A stretch of 64,000 nucleotides of DNA, from positions 86,552,001 through 86,616,000 of the forward strand of contig OZ024747.1 of the NCBI GenBank assembly GCA_964016885.1. The letters run 5' to 3'. Under the pieces are notes generated by a model. That model did not search any database and was not told where the DNA came from. It saw only the letters and a list, made by a program, of their open reading frames with translations. Below are positions 1 to 13,090 of this stretch, in pieces. The first letter of the stretch is position 1; each line of letters starts with the position of its first letter. The translations under genes were made by a program, and so were the position numbers. Origin of the DNA: Eledone cirrhosa (Eukaryota).

Positions 1-1690
1 CCGGGCCCTCCGTCCAGCGTCCGACGACGCCATCGGAGGGCATCGGTCTGCCCCTCCACGTGCCGAGTTGCAAACCGATCGACTTGTCCCGGTTCAGCTT
101 AGCCCCTGTGAACTTTTCGTACTCCTCCAGTAAGGTGCCGACCGCCTCGATTTCGGAGGCCGTCGACACCATTACTGTCACATCATCGGCGTAGGCTGAC
201 ACCGCTTTCCGCAATCCCGGTTCCAAAGGGATGCCCTGCAACAACTCCAACTTCCGCAGTAGTGGCTCGAGAGTCAACACATACAGAAGGGAGGAGAGAG
301 GGCACCCTTGTCGGATGGACCGCGCGATTTTGAACGGCTCCGAGAGGTAGCCGTTCACCTTGACCCTAGAGCAGATGCGGCTGCTGTGCATAGCAGTGAT
401 CCAGCCCCTGAAAACGGGTCCGAAGCCTGCCGCCGCTAGCACCGCATCCAGGTAACCATGGTCGACCCTATCGAACGCCTTAGATTGATCCAAGTTGATC
501 AGAGCCCCACCAAAGCCAGGTTCGTTCCCAACCCTCTCTATGATGTATCGCATGAGGTGGAGGTTGTCATGGATGGACCTGGACGGGATAGCGCATGTCT
601 GCGCATCTCCCACCAGGTTGCCCACGACAAGCGCCAACCTCTTTGCTAGCACCTTGGCCAAAATCTGTAACTCTGTATTTAGCAGAGTTATGGGCCTGAA
701 GTTACTTATTTCGTCCCCCTTGTTCTCGTCCTTCCTCACTAGCGTGACTACGCCCTTGGTCACAGTACAGGGAATTCTCCCGTTCTGTTGCCAGTTGCAG
801 TAGACCGCCTCGAGGAGATCGGGGAACAAGTCCGGCATAGCTAGATATAATTCGTAAGGAAGACCATCGAGACCCGGGGATTTGCGTTTGCCGCATTGGC
901 TCAGCACGTCCTCTATCTCAGCGGCCGAAATCAGCTCCTCGCAGGACTTCGCCTCCCTGTCCGAGAGGCGCGGCAGGCCGTCGAGGTATGGACCGAAGTC
1001 CACGTTCCCAACCGGCTCCCCGCCCCTCCCGAACAGTCGGGCAAAGTGCCTTTGAAAGGCCTCACACATCTGCTTAGGCTCAAGAATCGCCCGTCCATCC
1101 AGGTCTCGCAAAGACCGGATGGTGGATTTAGTTCCACTGTTGGCCTCTGTCACGCGGGCCCAGCTAACAGCTTTGGCCCCCTCGTTCCCTAGAGTACGTA
1201 TTTTACTTCGGACAACGCAGCCTTCGTGCTTCGCGTCGAAAAACTGGCTCAAAGCCGTTCTCAACGCTAGCACTCTGGCCACGTCGCCGCTTCTAATTGC
1301 CTCTTCTACTCTATCTATTAGCTCCCTTTCCTTCCTATTCCTATCCGCAGCTAGAACCTTACTAAATTCAATCGAGACTACTCTAATCTCTCTCTTTAGA
1401 GATACCCACCACCTGCTGTTGACGATCGCTCCAGTCAACCGTTCCTTAACTAACGTACTAATCCGATTCCTGTAGGCTCTACTTGCCGGCAAGGACAAGT
1501 TGAGCTTCCAGTAACCGGGGCCCTGTCTATGCGTTCTATCAAGGTTGACCATGCAGGTCACCAACTTGTGGTCTGAATAGCCAACCATGAGCATTTCTGG
1601 ACAACTTAAAAAGTCCCTGTCCTTATTTCTAACTAAAAATCTATCTAGGTACGATCTAGATGATCCGCTGCGATTTGACCAAGACCAGAT
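1..1690 (-). mobile_element. Tx1-clade LINE, ORF2 fragment (endonuclease C-terminus to RT), 5'-truncated, continues off the left edge
   Basis: Minus-strand translation gives SRSYLDRFLV, GPGYWKLN, ALINLDQSKAFDRVDHGYL, IRQGCPLSSLLYVLTLEPLL and SAYADD. It is homologous to the copies at 3509-6137 and 57029-62595 and has frameshifts. Confidence 0.9.
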
Positions 1691-1999
1691 ATAATTACAC
1701 GCGAACTACTGACCAAATAATATTTGGTATCAATGGGTTAAAGGCATCTGTCAAATAAATTAGTGGTGAAGGTGGTGTGTGTACACACACACACACACAC
1801 ACATATATATATGCCAATCATTGTAAGTTTGAATCTGACATGCAAAAATATATATATCCAAATCGTAGTAGATTCAAATATGAGAGAGGGGGGAGAAATG
1901 GGGTGGAACAGAGATGAAATATGGATCACAGGTTAAAATGTAGTCTAGATAGATGAGAAACAAAACGTGGATGTAGTTTATGGAACACCCAAATGATTT

Positions 2000-2429
2000 A
2001 GAAGTCGACCTTAAGTAGGGACAATAACATTAAGAAAGACATGAACGACACCACAACACTTTGTTTTGAACATTTTGAAAGTAGGTTTATAAGTATGAAT
2101 TTTCATAGGATTTTTGTAATTATCTCTGTGGCCTAACGGTAAGTACTAGAGACTGTGGAGATCCTGGCCTTAGGTTCGATCCTGGAGAAGAGGTGCATTT
2201 TTCAGTTTTTATTTTACAACCCATTAGAAAAAACTGAAATAGTTTACCAGGATCGAACTTCAGACCAGGATCACCACCGTCTATGATCCATCCAACTAGG
2301 TCACCGTGACAGCTACAAAGGTATAAAGAAAATTGATAATTATAAACCTACTTTCAAAATCAATGTTAAAAGATGTGCTGTCGTTCATAGCTTTCCTAGA
2401 GCTATTAGTAATATTTAGGGTCAACTTCT
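2000..2429. mobile_element. Degenerate ~430-bp palindromic (MITE/fold-back-like) element with a tRNA-like Pol III unit in each arm
   Basis: Nested inverted matches include ATTTTGAAAGTAGGTTTATAA (~2072-2092) / TTATAAACCTACTTTCAAAAT (~2340-2360), AGAAGTCGACCTTAA / TTAGGGTCAACTTCT and GATCCTGG..GTTCGATCCTGG / CCAGGATCGAAC..CCAGGATC. There is an A-box-like TGGCCTAACGG at 2129-2139 and a B-box GGTTCGATCC at 2173-2182. Confidence 0.65.
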
Positions 2430-2587
2430 GGCCATTATTGAAAGTCTCTGGATTTCGCATAATATTTTTTATTGGAGAAAGTAAGATATTTTCCCGCAAA
2501 AATTTGATTGCACTGTTTTGTTTCCACTTATGTATTTTTCGAAAATGTTATTTATTCATTATAAAAATTAAATGATAGCCTTCTATA

Positions 2588-3508
2588 TGTAAATGGGGCT
2601 AAATCGAAACCATTGAATGTGGGAGTTGGACTCCGCCAAGGGTACGTACTGTCACCTCTTCTGTTCATAATTTACATGAACAGGATTGACATGCCGGGTT
2701 GGAAGTGATAGCATGACTGGTGGGTGTAAAATCAGTCGGCTGGAATTTGTAGTCGACATGGTGTTACTTAACTCGACAGATGATGATCTCCGATTTGCAC
2801 TTGATAGGTTTGATGCTGAGTGCTGGATGGCTGGAGTGACAATCAGTGCTGCGAAAACTGGGACACTCGTCCTCTCAAGGAAGCCTGCACAGTGCACTCT
2901 ACATGTAACTGAAGTTCCACTGAAGTATCTCGGGACCGTGTTTACGAGTGATGGAAGTAAGGAGGTTGGATTAAGTGGATGAATTGCAGGAGTTGTTGCA
3001 GTAATGCACCACCTTGAGCATTCATTAGTCAGAGGAAGGGAGGTAGGTGTAAGAACCTAACTAGCTATCTTCAATTCGGTTTTCATGCCAACACTTACCT
3101 ATGGTCATGACTCTTTGGTAATGACCGAAAGAATACGATCGCGAAGACAAGCGGCCGAAATGGGGAACCTCCGAAGGGCCTTTGGAGTAAGATTACTCGA
3201 TAGAATGCGTAGCTCGGAGATCTCCGAATTGAGAGATCAATTCGGAGAAGTAGTGGGCATGTGGTTAGAATGTCTCAGCAAAGATCGCTGGACAGATTTT
3301 CCGGGCAAACCAACCGACAGGAGACCTAGGAGAAGACCCCGAGAAAGGTGGTTAGATAACAGCCATGAGATTGGCTGGTCTCGCTTGGGCATCCAGCCGA
3401 ATCATTTGGAGACGGTTGCTTCTAACAGAACCTGCTGGAAAGAGTGTTTGAGGACTATGCCTCCTCGACATTCTCAGAAATAAGTGGGAGAATAATAATA
3501 ATAATAAT
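2588..3508 (+). mobile_element. RTE-clade LINE (Rex3/Expander-like), 5'-truncated, with (AAT)n tail
   Basis: Translation gives VGVGLRQGYVLSPLLFIIYM, KYLGTVFTSDG, PTLTYGHDSLVMTERIRSRRQAAEM and RRPRRRPRERWLD, with stops and frameshifts. The tail (AAT)6 is at 3491-3508. Confidence 0.85.
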
Positions 3509-6137
3509 GATTTCATTTATTATCCACAAGGGCCGACATGTAGGGGACAATACAAAGACAGGGACAATGGGGGTTTACAATAAGGTCGAGTAAAAGTGCA
3601 CAATGGCAAGACTAATTTAACAATGAAAATATAAAAATATAAAATAAACTATGCATAAATATAAAAAAATAAATTCCCCGATAGGGGGTGGACGACCCTG
3701 GGGTGACTCGGTTACCCCACCATCCTGAACCACCCTGCGCTTCTAGAGCAGCCAGGGAGAGCACCCCTCTCCTCAAGTTAGCTAGCCTATAGGCGCATGG
3801 TCAGAGTAGGCCCATTCACACGAGCCATTCTCGCCACATTCACCCACCTTTTAGCAAATGTACTGGGGGGCAGCACTTCTCTCTCAACCCTCACCATCCT
3901 TTCCAGGTGAAACTTGAAGAAGTTGATGAGGGATTGGCCGAAGAGAAAAGTGTCTGTCTTCAGTCCTTTTAACCTGGTCCACCATATAACCTCTTTCGCA
4001 ACTGTCACCAGACAGAGGAAAATTTCCTGCTCTTCCTGACCTAAGGAAGGCGGTGGATCGATCTTCACTATGGACTCGGCCGATAGCCGGATTCGTTCCA
4101 CACGCGACAGTAGCTGTTCGACATAACTCCACAAGTCAGTAATGCACGGACATTGGACAAGTGCGTGCAGAACGGTTTCGTCGTTCTGTGCGCATCTTGG
4201 GCAGGTCCGCCTGACAGCACTTCCGTGCCTGTAGAGTTTATCCCGAACCGGCAGTGTCCCCCGGTAGCACTGCCAAGCGAGGGATTTCTGGAAATTGTCC
4301 ATCGTCCTCGGCTCAAAAGTCCTCCGGTACAGACTGGTCAGTTCGACTTCGTCGAGGCCCAAAGCTTCTCCGAGTGCGTCATCGAACTTGCCCACCACTA
4401 ATCCTCTATAGAACTCGAGAGTGGAAGTTCCACTGATCGCATTGCCCGCTTAGTAGAGGGCAGTGAGTGCCTGGCAACATTCCAGGTGCCAGTCACCCAG
4501 TCTCGGTCTCTTCTTGACCCAGGACTGCAGCTCAGTCAAAGAAATGAGCTGCGGAAAGGCCCGTCTGATAAACGGCGACCACACCTGTTCACCGTTGAGG
4601 CAGAATATCTGGAGATGTCGCAGCCTCAACGCATGTCTGCGCATCATTAGCCACGGCATGCCCAGCCCTCCGCGTAGAGGGTGCTGGCAGCAGATGGACC
4701 ACCTCACCAACGGAACTTGTCCTCTCCACAAGAATTTGAAGCGGAGCCGTTCCAACTTGACGAGGCGCGGACGGGGGCAAGGCACGACGGTCAGGCGGTA
4801 GTAGATGACGGACGCGATGTACGCATTCGCCACCTTCGCGCGATCTTTCAGTGATAGCTTCCTCCCAGCCCATTTTTGGGTGAGACTGGCTACTCTGCTC
4901 GTTACCTCGTCCCAATTCTTTTCCACCTGGAGGTCTGGTCCGAACCAAACCCCGAGCAACTTTACCGGTCCGTCCGTCCAGCGCCCCACCATGCTGTTGG
5001 ACGGCATGGGCTTACCTCTCCAGGTTCCGAGCTGCAAGCCCACCGACTTTTCCGGGTTAAGTTTGGCTCCTGTCAACCTTTCATATTCCTTCAATAAGGT
5101 GCCGACCACCTTGATTTCTGAGGTGTTCGACACCATCACGGTGATGTCGTCCGCATAAGCCGACACCGCCTTTCCACGTCCCGGTTCGAGCGGGATGCTC
5201 TGCAACAGCTCCAGCTTCCGCAGTAAAGGCTCGAGAGTCAATACGTACAGAAGGGAAGAGAGAGGGCGCCCTTGACGGACCGATCGGGAGAGCCGAAATG
5301 GTTCCGAGAGGTGGCCATTAACCTTGACTACCGAGCGTGTGCCGCTGTGTATTGCAGCGATCCAGCTTCTGAAGACAGGGCCGAAGCCAGCTGCTTTGAG
5401 GACAAACTCCAGATACCGATGGTCGACCCTATCGAATGCTTTCGATTGATCTAAATTGATCAGTGCCCACACTATTTCTATCTATTTTCCTAATGAAGAT
5501 CCTGTCTATATACGATCTAGATGACCCCATTCGGTTGGTCCATGTCCACATTGGCACATTGGGGAAATCTAGTCGATACCTATCAGACAGTTGGAACTGG
5601 CTGAGTGGGTGCTTGAGGCTTTTACACCCCCTGCTCCTATCGGCTACTCCCATACAATCCCAGCGTGCGTCTAAGATGCCATTCCAGTCCCCCGCTAACA
5701 GTAAAGGGCGAGACGTACCCAGAAAGGTCTCCAGGCGCCTAAAGAAGTCTGGTCGTCCGGCCCCTGTAGGGGCGTAGACGGCCAGCAGTCTAAAGGCACC
5801 ACCTTCGCTACTGCTCACATCCAAGACCACCAACTTACCATCCGGGTCCCGGAAGATCGACCTTATCTCGAGATCCAGTCCTTTCCTAAACAGCACTTCC
5901 ACCCCACCCCCCCATTCCCGGTCTGCTAACAGATGCGAAGATCTGATAGTCGTCGAAAATGGGGGCTAGTGCGCGCGTGTCGGAAATTCTGGTCTCGCTG
6001 ACGGCAATCACATCCATTTCCAGCAACCTGAGGTCGTTGAGCAGGCGACCCTGCTTCCAGGGTGACCCCAGGCCGCGAACATTTAAGCTTCCTACTCTTA
6101 ATATGGCCATATTGGTAAGCTAAGAGAGAGAGGGAAG
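3509..6137 (-). mobile_element. Tx1-clade LINE, ORF2 only, with internal deletion at ~5466
   Basis: The APE start MAILRVGSLNVRGL is at 6110, followed by VSETR, LAGDWN and YIDRI, joined directly to the RT motif ALINLDQSKAFD. YADD and a C-terminal CPRC..ETVLHALVQC knuckle follow. (AAT)n lies on both flanks. Confidence 0.9.
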
Positions 6138-7236
6138 ATAATAATAATAATAAGAAGAATAAGAAGTAGTTTGTATATCCCCTATCCTCTTTGCTTTTGT
6201 TTTCGTCGTTCCTACTCCATGATAATTTAAATCTGTGTGAATGGTTGATCCATTTCAGAGTTACTTGTCTTGGTAAATAGATACGTTAAATATAGCTATA
6301 TATATATATATATATATATATTGAGAACAATAACGCCCCCCCCCCCCCCCCCCCCCTAAAAAAAAAGGTGATCATTTTAATATATAATTTTACTTGAATT
6401 CTTTTAATAAATGTATTTGAAACTATTCGTAATGGAGACATTTCTGCCACGAAACGAGATTATTTTTAACATTTTATAATTACGTAACAGAAAATTAAAC
6501 CTTTCGGAATTTTTTATAATTTTTAGTTTATACTTATTGTTGTATTTCTATAGCGGTAAAGTAACCATTTAAAACATGCTTTTACTTCTTTATTCTTTTC
6601 TGCTAATAGAGTGAAAAGTATTTTATACATTTATGACTTAATTATTGATACTTTACTCGGCTATCTTTTCGTAAATGACATTAACAGCTAGATTTTTTAA
6701 AACGGAATTTCCATTAATTTTCTTTTCTTTTTCCTTCGATTCTCCATAATTACTTTCGAAAGAAATTGATAGCTGTGTTAAAATAGGATGGTAATGGCTT
6801 AGCATGCAAATAAATCTGAAAACAAAAGCACAGAGGATAAGGGATACACGAACTTATATCTATAAATATATATATATATATATACTTGTAATTTCCTTGC
6901 CAACCCATCACGTTTCTTCTAACTATTAATATTCGTTTCGTTCAATATTAAGCCGTGAAGAGATACAAGGACCTTTTAATGTTTGTTCCTACCATCTAGA
7001 TTTTGTGTTTAAAAACAAACATGATTGACGTTTTCATTCATCACCAGGTCCCCAGATTAAATCTATTTTGGGCTCTGGGCTAGCGAATATTAGGACTCCT
7101 CAGCCCTTGTTTGCAATAAACTAAATAAAAATGAAAAGTAAATGAATGTAAGAATGATATTGGGCTTCCAGCATCAATCCATTCTGATCCTAAAACAGAA
7201 GGGTCACCTAATGATAAAGAAATAAGGTTAATAACA

Positions 7237-7454
7237 GTTTCTTATATAGGCACAAGGCCCGCAATTTTGGAGGAGGGGGAAGTCGATTAAATAGACCTCA
7301 GTGCGTGACTGGTACTTTATTTTATCGACCCCGTAAGGATGAAAGGCAAAGTTAACCTCAGCGGGATTTGAACACAGATCATAAAAGGGTCGTAACTCTA
7401 TGCTGCAAAGCATACCGTCCGACCCCTCTACCGATACTGCCAATCCACTGCGCC
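7237..7454 (-). mobile_element. tRNA-derived SINE (family 1), full length, with TSD
   Basis: The reverse complement contains GTTCAAATCCCGC (B box) and GCCTTTCATCCTTACGGGGTCGATAAAATAAAGTACCAG. A direct repeat AGGTTAATAACA lies at 7225-7236 and 7460-7471. Confidence 0.9.
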
Positions 7455-8689
7455 AAATGAGGTTAATAACAATTTTATTAGAATGTTTTAAATTGTGACA
7501 AAAACCTATTTCATAGGTATATGTTAATATATATTTAACACATGTTTAGGACATATATTTTAGTATATATTGGAACATATATTTACCATATAGGTAAATC
7601 CGGTACAGCGGATCATTCCGATCTATATAAAAGAAGTACCAGGATGAGATCGAGTCTGCCAAATTGGAATTATGTTCTTTTCAAAACTGGTGCGTTATAC
7701 TAATCGGAGAATCTAATGTAAGGTGAAACTAATGATGAAGTGGACTAAAGAAAGAAATGATAATCCTTTTGTATAAATACTTTACAGTATTTCATTTCGA
7801 CCCACTGTGTTCGAAGATACTCTAGGCTGATTTTACGATCTTTTTCTCCTTTGGCATCGATAAAATTAGTTACAGTTATGCATTGAACTGATTCAAATAA
7901 ACATTTTATATTTGCACAATAATATTGTGAGCGTTGAATAGTAAAGTTTAAGTCCTCGGCAATATAAAGGTGATTTCTATTTGAAGTTCATTTGATTTTA
8001 CTAACACAGCTAACACATTCTGGAAAGGCTCGAACGTCACAATATCCGATACCTGTTTTTCCGAATTATATGAGATCCCTTTGTCCCCTCAAATGAAATG
8101 TATCTTAATACATTATTACTTTCTAAAACGGGGTCAATGTCCCACATTTTATAGGAGAGGTATATGCAAATAAATCGACGCATTTAATTGACTGGTATTC
8201 ATTTTATTCACCACCATGGAAGAATTTAATTATAGAAAATAAAAGGACATCACAATTTTATCTTTTCTGCCAATAGACCACGTTTAAAGTAATGGTTTCA
8301 ACATTTGGACACAAGATAAGAAATTTCGGGGAGATGATGGGAAAGTACTTGAATGGTAATTTATTTTATCGATCCCGGAATGATGAAAGGCAAAACAAAT
8401 ACCGTAAATAATTTTGTTTAACGCTTTAAATATCCTGTTAATTCATTACCCTGTCCATATTTATAATAATAATGAGAATCTCAAAGAGTCACGCGACTTT
8501 ATTTTTAACAGCGATAAAGAATAAAACATTACAATATCATTTTGTATCCTTTGGGTTAAGGAATGGTACCTCCACACATTGTCGTAAAAGCATGGATACC
8601 AACACCTATTTTATTCCCTGTACTTCTGTATCCTTCTGCCTTTGTAATAAATTAATAACTGAACGGATGAAAAGTTCATTTCACAATAT

Positions 8690-8960
8690 ATGAGGGTTTG
8701 AATTCGAATCAATCACGTGGCCTCTTGAGCAAGTGTCTTTACCATAGACTCGAGTTGATCCGAGCCAGTTGAGTGGAATTAGGTATGTAGGAAACTATGA
8801 AAAACCAGCGACTGGATTTATCTGCGCTTCAAAAAATCCAGCCTTGTTACATAATGTGCAGCTATTTTAATGTATTTCACAGACACACGAGCCTGTGAAA
8901 TACATAACTACTTGCATGTTTACTCACGAGTTAGGCGTAGAGTTAATTGAACAACTGAAT
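8690..8960 (+). mobile_element. Old SINE, second family (CORE-like motif), degenerate
   Basis: It contains a CCTCTTGAGCAAG core-like motif and 3' segments shared with remnants near 10870-11000, 19030-19245, 30150-30440 and 40860-40940. Confidence 0.45.
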
Positions 8961-9513
8961 GATTGTCGTCAAAATTCCCTTTCAAGAGACTGCTGATTCA
9001 ATAAAAACCTTTATTTTTTGTTGAATCACCAGTCTAACGGGCAGATCGGTGCCGGAGTTGGGTCCATAGCTTCCATAAGTGATTTTGTGTAACAGGTCGA
9101 TACTCAATAAAAACATAAACATGTAAACGAAACTTCATCGTCATTTCTTATTACATACACTCTGCCTGTGCACCGAGTACTCATATTGTTACCAATGCCA
9201 GTCACTAAATCACCTATAAATATATGCTGTCGACTCGAGCTCAGAGCTAACAGATATATAAGGAAATTATAAGAAATATGAGAGCTTTGAAGATGGCTTC
9301 AGGTAGGATGGAAAATCAAGCCATTCTGTTAGCATGAATTCTTTAATTAAACCGTAGAGAAAGAATGATGTGTATTCCCATTTTCATAAGCATAACCAAT
9401 AATAAATCTATAAGTGAGCTAGATGTTTACAAGCTATCTCTTCTAGTATGTTACATAAATCATTGAGAATACAAATTAATAGTATATGTAAACAAGCAAA
9501 CGGAATTAACACA

Positions 9514-9990
<477 letters not shown>

Positions 9991-11519
9991 AGAAAACGAT
10001 GTTAGAAATAACAGAATGGAAGAAATGGGTAAGAAAGTATTGGCGTGTGTGAATACATGAGATGGATGTATTACATCAAATGAAATGTCCATCAGGAATA
10101 TAAGCTTAACGATCGTTTTGCATGTTAGCTGTGAGTTAGGTGTTTACGAACGTAACAAGATGTTTGTAGCTTTGGTTTGTAAATGAAATTAAGTGACGAC
10201 TGGATGGCATTCGTTTTCCAAGTCATATTGGAAATGCGGAAATTACGAAATGAATTCTGTGACTAGGATACGTGTTATATGTCTCAAGATATTGGGAATG
10301 GGCTGTATGCTTTTAATATAATGATTTTGTGGTGTGAATATTTTATAAAATAATATTGTGGGTATATACAATGGCGTGAGTATGGAAGGCTATAGTATGA
10401 ATATAGTACGTTAATATAAAAATGCGTGAGTATGAATGGGTATAGTGTGAATTAGATATTAACGAGTATGAATAAGTTAATAGTGAGCTTTAAATACCGA
10501 ATACGAATATATTAAAGTTGAATGTTAAATAGTGATGTTAAATAGACATGTGTTAAGGCAGAATGTGAAGATCGTAATGGATTAGCTTAAAAGTGGTAAG
10601 AGTGTGATTTGAATAGGGTGTGATAAGTTTCTGGTGGTAATATAGAAAAAGAGTGAGTATGAAAGGGCGTGATGTGAACAACATATATATCTTCTGTATT
10701 GATATAGAACAGAGGGAGTTTGGAAAAGTGAAGTGTGGATAGGATATCATTGTTAATTGTGAAGTATTGATACAAAATATATACTAAAATTGAGTTTAAT
10801 GTGCCGAGATGTATTGTAAAGAGGTAGAAAAAGACGTTGAAAAGTGTTGTTAAATATATGTTGCTGAACATTCCACAGACACGTGAACCATTCTAGAGAT
10901 TCAGCGTGACATAGTGTGTAACAAAGATAGTCATTTTAATTGCAAATGTAACACACATTTCTGCCAGTTCGAGCAATATGAAATACAGTACAATGTGAAA
11001 CAACTTTATACCACGATTCGAAGTCTTAATCATAATGTTGTGAGATTAACACATAATATTAAGTCAAGAACCACAGATATATGACATATTTAGAAGCATC
11101 AACAAATTTGTTCTTGCGATTCTAACTTTTATGTTGGGTGATTTAATTTTGTTTTACTTTTGTTTGAGTGACCGATGGGGATTTTCATACACACATATAA
11201 CAACAGTGAGTTTAGTTCTTGGTTAGGGCGGCATGTTGTGTCATTGAACAAGACACTGCATTTCCCGTTACTCCAGTCAACGATGATGGGAACAATGATT
11301 ACCAGCAACAGCAGCAGTAGCAGCCAGGAGGAGGGGGTTACTCTGCAACGACTTTGAGCACCTGTCATGCAAACTCATGAGAAGCCATCTAAAGCCACAG
11401 TTGTGAGCTGAGACAACATTTACATGACATTTATTATTCAGTTCATAAAACTATTTACTTAGTTTATTATTTTTATCAATTAATGATGTTCACGTGGTTA
11501 CCTATACTAACCCTAACCA

Positions 11520-12146
11520 TACCAAAGGTTTACAGGCTGATTAAGATACTCTTATGGAGAATGTGACCAAATGCGGTCCACATACTTCTCCCATTGGTGT
11601 TGCAGTGCTTGAATCCAATTGGTGAAGAAGCTTTCATTCTGTTAGTAAAAGAAAATCATCAACTGAATATGTGACGTCATCATCACTGCGATATTGATTC
11701 CAAGCCAAGTGTTTTTTCATGTTGCGGAACAGATGATAGAGAGATGGGGCCAAATTAGGAGAATAGGGGGTGGCAATTGCAGGACAACCAGACTTTGGGT
11801 CATATTCAAGACTCTCTCTTCTCCTCCTAAATTAAACTACCCATGTTTGAGCTGACAATAAAGCTGGCGTGTTATCCACTATTGTAGCAATCTTGTCAAC
11901 ATGAATGTCCTTGTGGGCTAAACCCTTTTTCTGCAGGTATTAAATAACACCACGATGCCAAATGTTGTCCATTTCCAAGAAAAGTCGCTACTAATTACTT
12001 TTGAAGTTTTCTTTGAAAACTCAATTTACCTGGATGAAACAATGCAGTTATTAATAAGGAGAGTTGAAATTAATGGATGCAAGATTTCACCGCTCTAGCA
12101 TCCCACCTTCATAATCAGCCTATGAACTTTTCAGCCTAGCCTTGTA
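11520..12146 (-). mobile_element. Mariner (Tc1/mariner) DNA transposon, internally deleted
   Basis: On the minus strand the N-terminus MDNIWHRGVI..LQKKGLAHKDIH..RRESLEYDPKSG is joined to the C-terminus PPYSPNLAPSLYHLFRNMKKHLA (YSPDLAP motif). TIR remnants are AAGGTTTACAGGCTGATTA and TAATCAGCCTATGAACTTT. Confidence 0.8.
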
Positions 12147-12359
12147 CTACCTTTGTGTGTTTTCCCGATGACATTTCCATAATGTGGCATCATTAACATA
12201 ACTAAATTATATGCTCATTAAAAAAATACCTAGTATATTTTTTATCAATTATGAATTTTTCCTTGTTTACCTGTGCTAACACAATTTCTCTTCAAATGTT
12301 ATTTTTCTATCTGTGTGTTAATGTCCGATGACTTTCTCATCATTCAAAAACATTAACAC

Positions 12360-12455
12360 GAACTTTGCATTTCATCCTTACGGGGTCGATAAAATAAAGC
12401 CCCAGTAATGCACTGGAATAATTGCAGACCTTGTGCCAAAAGTAGAAATAATTAT
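12360..12455 (+). mobile_element. SINE family 1, 3' fragment
   Basis: TTTCATCCTTACGGGGTCGATAAAATAAAG...CTTGTGCCAAAAGTAGAAAT. Confidence 0.8.
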
Positions 12456-12844
12456 TTCTTAAATCATTTGATTATTCAAACGAAGCAAATATTTCGTATA
12501 ATCTTATGAATTACGAACGTTCCCTCAGTCATCGAAACTTATATAATTCAGTTCTGCACAATAAATAAATAACTACAACATAGACATTTAAAATTATTTT
12601 GCTCTGCTGCATAGCTGGCATTTAAGTTGCATATTTATCTCTTTTTCCACCTGATTATGCAGATGTAGATTCAGAAAAGGGATATTTGTGTTATGTTGTT
12701 TGTATAACACCATTGATTTTCTTTTTTAATTGTTCCTTCGAGAATTGTTCGCTGACAGGAATTATAGTTAATTTTCAAAGTAAGCATTCTAAAAGTACAT
12801 TCTAGAATCTCCTAAGTGTCTACAATGTCTACATACATACATAT

Positions 12845-13090
12845 ATAACGAAGGAAATGTGGTAAGGAACCAGGTGGACCATAACGCACCAAAGTACTCA
12901 ATACTTGAGGTAGTAGAGTGGGTAATAGGAACCAGTAAGACCCCGACAGCTGAGCTCAGACCATATATGGAATTACCCCTTGAGAAGATCGGCTATTTAA
13001 ATACCAGGATAAATGTTCATTTAGTCCAGAATTAGCCGTCGAAACGGCTTGAGCTCAGCTGTCGGGGTCTTACTGGTTCCTATTACATAC
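12845..13090. mobile_element. Fold-back insertion of hammerhead-bearing repeat family A
   Basis: Positions 12923-12958 are the reverse complement of 13050-13085. The same family recurs at 17618-17745 and 51563-51758. Confidence 0.75.
12975..13068 (+). ncRNA. Type I hammerhead ribozyme, U3:A8 variant (family A), predicted cleavage after C13063
   Basis: Stem I ACCCC/GGGGU; core UUGAGAA (12980-12986); stem II GA(U)CGGCUA/UAGCCGUC; GAAA (13041-13044); stem III ACGGCU/AGCUGU around palindromic UGAGCUCA; GUC triplet. Confidence 0.75.

Noticed and set aside
2123-2195. Functional tRNA-His gene
   Set aside because: The acceptor and anticodon stems do not pair properly, so it is treated as tRNA-derived sequence within a palindrome.
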